Source: a virus
Lineage: Duplodnaviria > Caudoviricetes
Strand: one strand, 5' to 3'
Virus record (IMG/VR): IMGVR_UViG_3300021399_000143
Span: 11,743-75,742 of that record
DNA length: 64,000 nt
Shown here: positions 52,880-62,770 of the stretch, in pieces
Layout: every line of letters begins with the position of its first letter
Numbering within the stretch: position 1 is the first letter of the stretch
Program-made: the position numbers and the translations under genes
Notes under the pieces: generated by a model
Seen by the model: the letters and a program-made list of their open reading frames with translations, nothing else
The model's database searches: none
What the model was told of the DNA's origin: nothing

Positions 52880-53260
52880 ATGACAACAGAACTTTATGCC
52901 AATTTCATTGACAATGGACAGGAGAAAGCCACGAAGTTCCTGATTTCAGACGAATGGGCAAGCGTTGACGAGATTCTGCGCAAGGACGCAGTATTCTCCA
53001 ACCCAAAGTACATCAAGCTGGAGGACGTTCCAAAGAACCTTCCCAACTTGACCAGATTCTTGAAGGACAGGGCTTGCCTTACTGTTCGAGTCTTCGACTA
53101 CGACAAGGCGACAAAGCAGGTTGGAAATGGTCTGGCGACCATGATTATCCTCATTCAGGGAACCTCCAACCAGATAATCACGATGAAGAAACTCTCCGGT
53201 GGATACAAGGACGAGGACTTCATGACCCAGTTGAACCCGGTGCTTGCGAAGGTAATCTAA
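52880..53260 (+). CDS. hypothetical late protein
   Basis: AGGAAA SD, TAA stop. Confidence 0.7.
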   Translation: MTTELYANFIDNGQEKATKFLISDEWASVDEILRKDAVFSNPKYIKLEDVPKNLPNLTRFLKDRACLTVRVFDYDKATKQVGNGLATMIILIQGTSNQIITMKKLSGGYKDEDFMTQLNPVLAKVI

Positions 53261-53275
53261 CAGGAGGAAACAAAC

Positions 53276-54013
53276 ATGATTAGCATAAACGAATTGCATG
53301 GTGGAACAATCACAATATCGAGTGGAACACCTGGACCAGAGCCGGTTCCAACGGCTCCAAACGGCAAGGTCTTGTACAGGACAACGGCCGGTGGAGAGTG
53401 GCTGCAAGACGACGCTTACATCAGAAGTGGCGTATTCAATGGATTTCCAAACAAAGAAAGTGCAGTTGAAGTCATACTCCCAAGCAAAGACTCAAACGAA
53501 AACAGCGTGACGAGCATCGGGGATTGGGCGTTCCACGATTGCAGTGGTCTTACGAGCATGACGATACCCGACTCCGTGACGAGCATCGGGGAATATGCGT
53601 TCGCCTGGTGCAGCGGCTTGACGAGCGTGACGATCCCCGACTCCGTGACGAGCATCGGGGATGAGGCGTTCAGAGGTTGTAATGGACTTTCAGAAAATGG
53701 TTTTGTGATTGTACGCCAAGTTCTTTACGATTATATTGGCGCAGGCGGGCATGTGACTATCCCTGACAGCGTTACGAGCATAGGAGAGTCTGCGTTCGGT
53801 GGTTGCAGTGGGCTGACAAGCGTAACATTCAATAGTTTCACAAAGAATGAAGTCAAGTCCATGACAACCAACAACTACATATTCGGTAACACATTCTATG
53901 ACGACGAAGGGAATCCAATGGAGAAGTCCTTCACTGCCATCTGCACTGATGGCTCTATGACAGTACACTTCTCTGCAGATGACTCATCAACGATAACATT
54001 CACTGACTTGTAA
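53276..54013 (+). CDS. BspA-type leucine-rich repeat (LRR_5) protein
   Basis: [23 protein letters not shown] 23-aa repeats. Confidence 0.85.
   Translation: MISINELHGGTITISSGTPGPEPVPTAPNGKVLYRTTAGGEWLQDDAYIRSGVFNGFPNKESAVEVILPSKDSNENSVTSIGDWAFHDCSGLTSMTIPDSVTSIGEYAFAWCSGLTSVTIPDSVTSIGDEAFRGCNGLSENGFVIVRQVLYDYIGAGGHVTIPDSVTSIGESAFGGCSGLTSVTFNSFTKNEVKSMTTNNYIFGNTFYDDEGNPMEKSFTAICTDGSMTVHFSADDSSTITFTDL
53505..53670 (+). repeat. 69-bp period coding repeat (LRR units)
   Basis: CGTGACGAGCATCGGGGA recurs three times at 69-nt spacing. Confidence 0.8.
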
Positions 54014-54027
54014 TGGAGGAAACTACA

Positions 54028-54147
54028 ATGGAAAAGACATTCGATGGCATAGTTGATGGCAAGCATGTAGAGGTCTGGACCCCTACCGAGGAAGACAAGG
54101 AACGTGCAAAGCAAAGGCTTGAAGAGCTGAAGAACAAGAAAAAGTAA
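54028..54147 (+). CDS. 39 aa peptide
   Basis: GGAGG SD, TAA stop, followed by terminator; not in track. Confidence 0.6.
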   Translation: MEKTFDGIVDGKHVEVWTPTEEDKERAKQRLEELKNKKK

Positions 54148-54170
54148 AAGTAATCCATCTTCAACAACAC

Positions 54171-54200
54171 AAAAGGCGAACCAATCAAGGTTCGCCTTTT
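54171..54200. terminator. bidirectional intrinsic terminator
   Basis: AAAAGGCGAACC-AATCAA-GGTTCGCCTTTT. Confidence 0.85.
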
Positions 54201-54222
54201 CGTTTGTCGTCATTCAACCATC

Positions 54223-54363
54223 TCAAACTGCATTGAGTTCTTGAATGGCATCCTCTATGTTGATGTCTCCAATGTCGATTGCCTTGTACAACTTCGGCTC
54301 GGAGGCAAACGCCAAAAGATGCACCCCTGGATTGGGATGCATCTTTCTTTTGTTCATGGACAT
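54223..54363 (-). pseudogene. relic copy of the nucleotidyltransferase C-terminus (46-codon ORF)
   Basis: LYKAIDIGDINIEDAIQELN versus LYQAIDIGDIDIEDAIQELN at 55981-56049; overlaps a terminator. Confidence 0.6.
54314..54346 (-). terminator. intrinsic terminator
   Basis: AAAGATGCATCCC...GGGTGCATCTTTT on the minus strand. Confidence 0.65.
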
Positions 54364-54374
54364 TGGTTATTTCC

Positions 54375-55964
54375 TTATGGCAACAATTGTGCTGCTCCTG
54401 TCTTTATTGCCTGTTTCATCGCATAACATGAATTGGCAAATATTTTGGCCTTCAATATTCCGTGTTGAGCATCACTAGAGTTCAATCTTGCCATCTCCTC
54501 TTTCATATTCAATATGTTTCCATCTGAATCCAGCGGGTTTCCATTGGCATCGAAGTGCTGTGATATTCCATCCATATTGACCCAATATCCACCATCTCCG
54601 GACTTGGACATAAGTCCGTGATCTCCACCCCAATCAAATCCAGCAGAACCATTACTGGCTATCATTTTTGGATCATCCTTGAACATCTTGGACAAGGTTG
54701 CTTGCTTGTCGGAATCCATTGAATTGAACCACTCACGATTGCCATTCTAGTCCATCAGGTCATCCCCACCTCCAGAGGAATCATCTCCATCCGATGAGGA
54801 ATCACCATCATCTACATTGGTGTCGTCTGCATCAACCGAATCAGCCCCAACATCAACATCCCCCGAATCCACATCTCCTGCATCCACATCGACATCACCA
54901 TCTCCACCAATTGCCATTGCTGCAGCAGTTCCAGCAACTCCGGCAACTGTTCCGAGGATACCACCTTTCGCCCCTCCAACGAGCTTGCAAGCCTGACGGA
55001 TGGTCGGTCCAATGAGGAACTTCGCACCTACTGCTGGACCTGCCCACATGAACGCTATCGCTGCTATGAGAATGATGGTTATCATCTTCCAATGCTTCTT
55101 GAGGAATTGGAGAATCTTGCCCTTTGCATCCCCACCCTTGGCGTTGTCAGCCTTGTTTCCAGTATTGGCGTTACCTTCCTTGTTGTTCCCCTGTTGTTTG
55201 ACATCCTGCTTTGGTGGGTTCTTGAAGTACTTCTCAATCATGGCAGGAATTGCGTCCTTTTTCTTCTTCAGCTTCGCCGCGATTATCTTGATGTTCTCTG
55301 GCTTCAGAGCCTGCTTCTTGTTCCAACCATTCTGCTGTATTATCTGCTGAAGCAAAGATGGCTTCTTTTGCGTCTGATTCCCCTGCTTTTGGTTTGCCTA
55401 TTGCTTTGCGCCAGTATTCTTCTTCTTCGGGTCTTGCTTCTTGCCATTTGAGCCAGCGTTCTTCTTGTCCCCCTTTGCGTTGTCTCCTCCTTCTCCATCG
55501 TTTCCTGCGTTCTTGAATGCGTTCCATCCTGCCTTCAACTTGTCCATGAAACCTTCGTCATAGAGCGATTCCACGATATAGTCTTGGTTCTGCTCCAAGT
55601 TCTCCAAATCCTCTCCAATGGATTCAAGATACAAGGCAAAAGACTCGTTCGCCTGTTGGTTGTCCATGTTCTGAACAAGACCCTTCAAGGAGTTCCAAGC
55701 ATCCACGAACCACTTTTCCTTGCAATTTGACAACTTGGCATCTATTCTCTTGGCATACTTCGCCATGAAGTCCTTTATCTTCTCTGGAGAGGGACATACC
55801 TTCTGCATTCCGCTCTTTATCTTGTTTAGAATGGAATTACCAAATCCCTCTGAATACAAATCGTAGTCTACCAGAACATCTTTGGCTTCATCAAATGCCT
55901 CGTTGAACTGCTGTTTGCAATATTCGTCTTTCACAACATTATTTTCCTCTAATTTAGTCCACAT
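54375..55964 (-). CDS. 529 aa recoded late protein, putative internal head protein with a TM-like segment
   Basis: 2 TAGs in Gln-rich context; EGFMDKLKAGW and repeated ES/EA junctions. Confidence 0.65.
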
Positions 55965-55980
55965 GGATATAATCTCTCCT

Positions 55981-57051
55981 TTAATCAAAGTTAAGTTCCT
56001 GTATCGCATCCTCAATGTCGATATCACCAATATCAATGGCTTGATATAGCGATGCAGCAAGCCATACAGAATCCAGAACATTCAACCTCTGAAGGAACTT
56101 GAATGTGGAGTTAGCAGTAAGCCATTCCTTGTTCGTTCTCATGTCCTCGGCCTGTTCCTTGTCCTGTGGCTTCAACCCTGCCCTTCTTCTGACCTATACC
56201 ATCTCCTCCTTCAAGTCAGCCACGACCTTCATGCTGTCCAATATCTCGTCTTTGGTTTCTTCCAATCTCCTTCCAACAATTGACATCAACTGCTCGTTGG
56301 AATAGACATCCCTGTTGGACGCCTGCTCCAATATGGCATTGTGCTTGTAGAGATTCTTGTTCAGGTCGAACAACGCCTCTTGCGCTTTCTTGCCAAACTC
56401 AAAAGCCTCCTCCCATGAACTTTCATATTCGTCATATGGGTCGAACTCCATATCCACCAATTGAGGTCCAGAAAGCCACTCGTCGTTCATCAAGTCGTAG
56501 CAACCGCAAGAACCCATGTCAGCATAGATGTTGTGCTGGAAGTAGAACTCCAATGGATGCGTCTTGGAATCCCCAACCATCAAGTTGGACTCGTCCCCAA
56601 GCACCTGCTCCTGCGTCTTCTTGCGAAGGTTGTTCAACTTCTCGGCAACATCCTCTGGCAAATCCACTTGGATATGGACATCCACATCGCCATCGTCAGT
56701 ATATTGGTTGGAGCAAATGGAACCAACGACATTCACGCCCTTTGCCTCAACATGGTACTTGGCAAGAAGCTTATCCACAAGTTCAAGTGCCTTCTGCTTT
56801 ATCTCTGGCTTGATTATCCACTTCCCTTCCTCCACCTCGTCCCATATCTCAGGGCAAAGACCCTCAGAAACAGGATAGTCTATGCTCGATTCCTTCTTTA
56901 TGGATGCTTTGTCTTGCAAAGACTCAACAACGCCACCATGTATCGCAGATGGCATCAAGTTGCCAGCATCAGAGGCCATGCCACCAGTTGATGTGGCAAG
57001 TGGATTTGGACATATCAAAATCTGTCCATTGCTCTATTTCTTCTTTTCCAT
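55981..57051 (-). CDS. Pol-beta superfamily nucleotidyltransferase, 356 aa
   Basis: VVGSICSNQY..DGDVDVHI (GS + DxD), HPLEFYF; TAGs at codon 6 and 56194. Confidence 0.75.
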
Positions 57052-57053
57052 GT

Positions 57054-59030
57054 TCAGAACTCCATCTTCGTAATGCAATTTACCACACCACCTGCTGGCC
57101 AACTCTCCAATGTGATTGCAATTGGCTTTTTCCAGAACTCCCACCATTTTCTTGGACGTGCATGGCCAGGGGACTTTTCATCAGCAACAAGCTTGTCAAA
57201 CTTCTTCACTGGGCGTGAAATCTTGACTGGGGCAGTTCCGGTAAGCACAATTCCAACCATAGTGCAATTCTTGGATGGTTCATCGCCATTTAGAACCAAT
57301 CCTGGTTTGGTCGTAACCACAGCATTGGCAACGCCATTTCTTGAAAGCGTCACCTCCTTCTCCCCACCGAACATGACCAATGTGCCGGGCTCATATTGCC
57401 TGTCAGACTCCTTGTATTCTGCCAAGTCTGCCCAACGGGAACGCAATGATGTTCCGTTTATCTCCTTGTCGAATGTGACTTGACCCAAGAACCTGGCGTT
57501 ATGGTAGAATCTGCACTCACCTATGAATGACGTATGGGTGTAGAACCAAGCGCGTTCGCCATAGTGGTATTCGTTTCCACGCACCTTCTGAACGCCATTT
57601 ATCCAAGGTTCTTTTGCACGAACCAAGGTTTGGGTCTTGCAACAACCATCCATTTGGTTCAAGCTCTCATAATCCTCATATACATGTCCTTGCGTTGAAG
57701 GTTCATCTTCCGCCAAGAAACGTTCATGAACACCTTCCAAATCATCAGTCCCATTCGTAACCAATGGATGAATGTCCACCTCCGCCCACTTGTCCTGATT
57801 GGCGAGCTTCCAGTTTATCAATGCCTTGATTGCATTGAACAACCACGCCAAGCTCATCTTCCTGGACACAAAGCCATTCTGAGAACCATATGCCGTAGCA
57901 CCATCACCAAGCCACTCAGAGACCTCAAGGTATGACCACATTATGTTGTGGCGAAGTGTATCTACATCAAGGTCCGTATCGTCGTCAATACCCCGTTCCC
58001 CATTGGAAGCCATTGTATGTACATCATTCGTCGCATCATATTCCTATGGCATTTCATCCCTACGCAATTCAGACTTCTGATATCCCTTGAATTTATTATA
58101 ATCAAAAGACCTGTCCATACTGCGTTTGACGTTCTCAGCTGCCTCTCCCCACAAATCCATCTGCCACTTTGGATTTGGATTGTACCCAGTTCCTGTAGTA
58201 TGCTCTCCAATAGGACACCAATCCTGATAGAAATACGCATCATCGACATTGTTGAGTCCATAAGACCATATCAACTACTTCTGGTAGATTTCATCCAAAT
58301 TGGATATTCTCTGCTGGGTTATGGTTTGTTGGGGATACAAGTATTCACCAACATGCTTATTAAAATATGTGGTTTCACCAGACAAGGACAATTTTATTGT
58401 GCTGTCAGAAAAGTCTCTAACATAGTCAATACCATCATCCAACGTGAATCTGTTAAATATTGGTGTTGTCTTTGCTTGCCCAGATTCAGACCAATTGACT
58501 CGTCTTGTGGTTGCATCATATTGAATTGTGTATTGAATGTTGTCAAGGGTAAACTTGTTGCTGATTATACCCACAGATTGCTCTCGACCAGAGGCATCAT
58601 TCCACGTAACCTACGAATCCCCAATGACATATTCTGTCTTTATAGTCTATTCTCCATTGACAGCATTCTCAATACTTCTATCCAAATAGAATGTCTTGTA
58701 TCTAGGTGCGCTTTTTGATATACCACTCGAATTTGTCCAGCTAACCTATGACCCATCCGAAGAAATTATATAGGAAATATCGTCAATGATGAACTTGCCA
58801 GTTCCCGGCTCTATGGGTTTGGCTTCAAATAAAGCAACTATGCGTCCTTTGAGCTTGTTCTTCTTTTTATCTTCAGTATCAAGAGTTTTAATTTCTTCCT
58901 CTGAAACCGGGGGAACAAGTCTCCTCAAAGCATCGTCATACAACTCTGACATCTCGTCATGTTGGTTTATGAACCTGCGAATCTGCTCTTCTGGTCCCCA
59001 AAATGGTATCTCTGAAATTCTGTTTATCAT
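57054..59030 (-). CDS. recoded tail-associated protein with C-terminal Peptidase_G2/IMC-like domain
   Basis: 5 TAGs join four track ORFs; WADLAEY..YEPGTLVMFGGEKEVT..VLTGTAPVKI; start 59030 or 59069. Confidence 0.7.
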
Positions 59031-59059
59031 GGCTACATTGCTCGTTGTTGTGCTATTTC

Positions 59060-59092
59060 TATTTACCATTTGAGGAAAGATTATTGTAAATA
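59060..59092. promoter_or_regulatory. back-to-back late promoters
   Basis: AATGGTAAATA (minus, 59060-59070) and TATTGTAAATA (plus, 59082-59092). Confidence 0.7.
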
Positions 59093-59123
59093 ACAATGTA
59101 CGACCTAATATGGGGAACAAACA

Positions 59124-60347
59124 ATGAAGAAACTAAACATAACGAAGGAGCAGTTCAACCGTAGCCGCTACTTCAAAAACAAATACGGCAGGTTGGAATA
59201 TATCAGCGAATCCGGCAAGTTGTTCAAGACTGACAAGGGGAAGATTCTGATGTTCAAGGAGTCATTCAACAAGGATGATTATGATGACCTTCCAAGGGGA
59301 TTTCGTCCAAAGTTTGACATTGGCGAAGAAGTAAGTCTTACAAGATCATTTTATAGAGAATTCTATGATTATTACAACGATGATCCAAAGAAATTCAAAC
59401 TGGATGTAGATTCTATAGATGACTTGCCAAGCGAGGGATGGATGATTGAGGATGTAAAGACTACGGATGCCACAGATGGAGCAACTGGTGAAGACCGTCC
59501 CATGTTTGAATACTACATTGTAAATTCTGATATGGATTCTGACTATGACAATGATTCCATAAAGGGCATATGGGTGTATCAAGATTGGATAAAGAAAGAC
59601 ATCGGGTCTATGAAGTTCAAAGAATCCACCAAGAAGTTCGACAGGAAGTTCAAGGAATCCTTCAACAAGGACGACTACGATGACAGGGAAGTTAAAGACC
59701 GTCCATTTTACGACATAGGCGAAAAGGTATACCTTTGCGACGAATTCTATCTTCATGGTGGAAGCGAAGACATCCCCGAGTGTGGCTGGACCATCGAGGA
59801 TGCCAAGGAAGAAGACGACGATTGGAAATACTACATCTCCAGAGACGACGACAATGACGATGATGATTCAATGGGATTTTGGGTTTCACAGGATGAAATA
59901 GACCGAGACACCTATGTGAAAGGAAACAAGTGGAGGGACTACCCCAAAGATGAAGATAATGTTTCCGATACTGACTTTCATATGTTGCCATGGAACGTTG
60001 ATTCAGACAACGAGAGAAAAATAAGCGAGGAAATGACGAAGTACATCAAGAGCCTGGGTGATGACCTCTTGTATGAAACCTTAACACGGGAACCCGAACA
60101 AGGAGAACTCCATCGTCCCAAACCAGGAGTAAGATTGTGGAGCTATGACTTTGAGGCGGCCTTGGACAAAGCCACAGACATCATACGTGATGAAATCGAG
60201 GATGAGACAGGGAAGCGGGTCAGCACATTGGCTGGCATCTCAAAGATTATGTCTCCAAGGGAATATGCCAGGAGGCTCGTGGATTGTGTGTTGGAGAAGA
60301 AACCAACCAAGACCATTGCCAAGAAACTGGCGAAGATTGGATATTGA
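59124..60347 (+). CDS. late protein with duplicated SH3-like domain and FKES junctions, putative internal head protein
   Basis: FKESFNKDDYDD..DIGE.V.L..GW.IED duplicated. Confidence 0.65.
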   Translation: MKKLNITKEQFNRSRYFKNKYGRLEYISESGKLFKTDKGKILMFKESFNKDDYDDLPRGFRPKFDIGEEVSLTRSFYREFYDYYNDDPKKFKLDVDSIDDLPSEGWMIEDVKTTDATDGATGEDRPMFEYYIVNSDMDSDYDNDSIKGIWVYQDWIKKDIGSMKFKESTKKFDRKFKESFNKDDYDDREVKDRPFYDIGEKVYLCDEFYLHGGSEDIPECGWTIEDAKEEDDDWKYYISRDDDNDDDDSMGFWVSQDEIDRDTYVKGNKWRDYPKDEDNVSDTDFHMLPWNVDSDNERKISEEMTKYIKSLGDDLLYETLTREPEQGELHRPKPGVRLWSYDFEAALDKATDIIRDEIEDETGKRVSTLAGISKIMSPREYARRLVDCVLEKKPTKTIAKKLAKIGY

Positions 60348-60373
60348 TATAGTCAAATATTCAACAATGCAAT

Positions 60374-60406
60374 ATCGACCATCCTTTCGTTAGGGTGGCC
60401 GATTTT
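60374..60406. terminator. probable terminator
   Basis: imperfect 12-bp stem between convergent genes. Confidence 0.5.
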
Positions 60407-60435
60407 GTCATGCAATATACTATATATTGGGGGGA

Positions 60436-60591
60436 TTATCGTGCTGCCTCAAACGCAAGCAACGCAAGGGATGTCAAATAGACATTGATAGTTCCCAGAG
60501 GAACTACGCAACAATTCAATGCTGCTGCCATGAATCCCAAGGTAAATGCCACACCTGGCATCATATAAGTCTTGAACTTCCACATATTCAT
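60436..60591 (-). CDS. 51 aa two-TM membrane peptide
   Basis: TATAAT 6 nt upstream of ATG; MNMWKFKTYMMPGVAFTLGFMAAALNCCVVPLGTINVYLTSLALLAFEAAR; not in track. Confidence 0.55.
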   Translation of the reverse strand: MNMWKFKTYMMPGVAFTLGFMAAALNCCVVPLGTINVYLTSLALLAFEAAR

Positions 60592-60612
60592 GTTTCAATT
60601 ATACCACTTTCG

Positions 60613-62601
60613 TCAGAACTCCGTAAGGACATTATATGCTTCCTCTCCATCGTCCCATTCCTCGCCATTTGCGAAGTCGAAGGTCTCGTTTACGGTGAAG
60701 AATTCACGGTTGCTTCCACGTCCCCATTGCCTGTTTCCATAGAACAACTCATCGTCCGGGATGTCTCTTTCAGTGGCAGATAACCTCACAACCTTGTGTT
60801 CCTCCAGATTGCCAAGTTGGGAAGCTATTCCCTTGTTCGCTTCAAGGTTCAAGGTCTCTTCCAAGAGACTTTGGTCGAAGGGACTTGTGTATATGACCTT
60901 CTCTGGGAGAACTCGATCCATCTTCGTCTTGAACGCCTTTACCACGGAATAGTGTTGGGTTATGACGTCAGCGAACAACAAGTACATTCCCCATATCCAA
61001 GTAAGCATATAGTCGTCGTGGCATTTGTCCTTTGCAGCGAACGTTATGGAGTTTGAGGTGTTCTTCCTCACAAACGTTCCCATTTCATTGACAAGCAATT
61101 CGTCGGGGATTGAGATGTCTATTTCCTCTGTTGTGATAAGCTCGTTGAGGAACATGCAAGCCTCAAGTTTGGTCTTGTTCTTGGACTTCACGCCATAGGT
61201 TATCTCGCCATATTTCCCTGTTGGAGAGATAGCCTGCTCGTAGAACATTCTGTCCTGGGGATAGTGGTAGGTGTCCAACATAATATCCACGAATCCAGAG
61301 CCAACGCCATTGTTCTCCACGATGAATGGTGGAAACGCATAGAGCTTCAAGAACTCGTATGTGGCATATCCAAAATCCACCAAAGTTGCCTTGGAGCAGG
61401 ACATACGAGCCACCAAGGAAATGTGCTTGACGTCAGTGACATCCCAAATGTTGGAGACAGACGAGTCGTTTCCTGTTCCCTCAGAAATATCCCCAGATGA
61501 TGCATATGTCCTTGATGGGTCAAATGGCTTCCAGAAGTTTGCGGTTATCTCCTTGTCCGGGTTCTTTGATAGGTTCAATTGAGCTGGCTTTGGATAGTTC
61601 TTCAAGTTCATTCTGAAATGCTCTATGAAGTCAGAAGGAACAAGCGAAGCGTCACCACTGGACTTGAACTCGCACTCAAACTCCTGCATCCACCTGTTGA
61701 TGCCAATCGTAGCAATCTGCTGACGTTTCCATTCCTCGTCTCTCCCTGGGACATCATACCAAAGGAAACGAAACGCTTTCCAATTCTCGTCTGACTCAAC
61801 ATTGGGGTCAGTTGCCTACTACCAAGTATCAAAGAAGAAATTGTCAGAAGTTCCATTTGGGGTGGAAACCATTATTGCCTTTGAGTCTTTTGACGACGAC
61901 AGAATAGGAAACACAGAAGCCATGAACTCGTCTGCAACATGCTTTGGAATGAATGCGGCCTCATCAAGCACGAGCAAATTACTTGAGAAACCACGACAGC
62001 CACTTGAACCAGTAGCAAAGCAACGTATGATGGAATTGTTCTCAAATTCAATGCACTTCTTGTTATATGTGGTAACGCCAATCTTTATTGCTGATGGACA
62101 ATATTCATATGCCAGACGAATACGGTCCATGATTTCAATGGCAATGTCAAGTTTGTTACCACAAATCATCACTCGCTTGTCTGGATGATACATAGCATAC
62201 CAAAGTATGAATACTGTGTATATCGTCGTTTTTCCAACCTACCTACTGGCACACACAAGTGCCCGATTGTTCTCCTATATGAACTTCAACAATTCGGCTT
62301 GCTTTGGGTATGGGTCAAGAGTCACCAATCCATCTTTAAGAGAAACAATTTTGAAGTAATTTCGACAGAAATACAATATGTCCTTCTTGCATCTTCTGAT
62401 TTCTTTGGCGCGTCTCTTGAACTCCTCTGGAGTCAGAATCTCCTTCTCACCGGCTTTCTTGATTGAAGCAAGCTCTTCTGTTCCATTGAGCTTTTGCTTC
62501 AACTATGCAGACGCAAGTTGCGGACCCTACTTCTCCTTGGTTTGTCCCAGGTCAAGGTCAGCAAACTTGTCAATCTCCACTTTGCCTATATCTTTGCTCA
62601 T
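60613..62601 (-). CDS. terL: terminase large subunit (T4 gp17-like), 662 aa
   Basis: SR(TAG=Q)VGKTT Walker A, LVLDEAAFI Walker B, VSTPNG, QEFECEF, ENNGVG nuclease motif; 6 TAGs. Confidence 0.95.
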
Positions 62602-62656
62602 ACACAATATGTCTTAATGTAATTATACACATCGACCTGCTTGGTCGAAATTAAGG

Positions 62657-62663
62657 TATTTAC
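62657..62663 (-). promoter_or_regulatory. putative late promoter core GTAAATA
   Basis: intergenic, upstream of terminase. Confidence 0.55.
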
Positions 62664-62674
62664 GCGGAAAATCG

Positions 62675-62711
62675 AAAAAGTTCGGTCCTGGGAGAAATCA
62701 CAGGACCGAAC
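62675..62711 (-). terminator. intrinsic terminator after the AAA gene
   Basis: GTTCGGTCCTG/CAGGACCGAAC stem with TTTTT tail. Confidence 0.8.
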
Positions 62712-62770
62712 AGTGTTGTTGGGTTGCCCTTTCGAGCAAAGTCCCCCACCCAGGGGACATAGGAGAAGAA

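Noticed and set aside
53505-53670. Regularly spaced repeats resembling a CRISPR array
   Set aside because: 69-bp period equals 23-aa LRR units within an ORF, and the intervening sequences are similar to each other.
60613-62601. Terminase split by introns, inteins or pseudogenisation
   Set aside because: Fragments are exactly in frame, separated only by TAGs, with conserved motifs running across the gaps and no inserted sequence.
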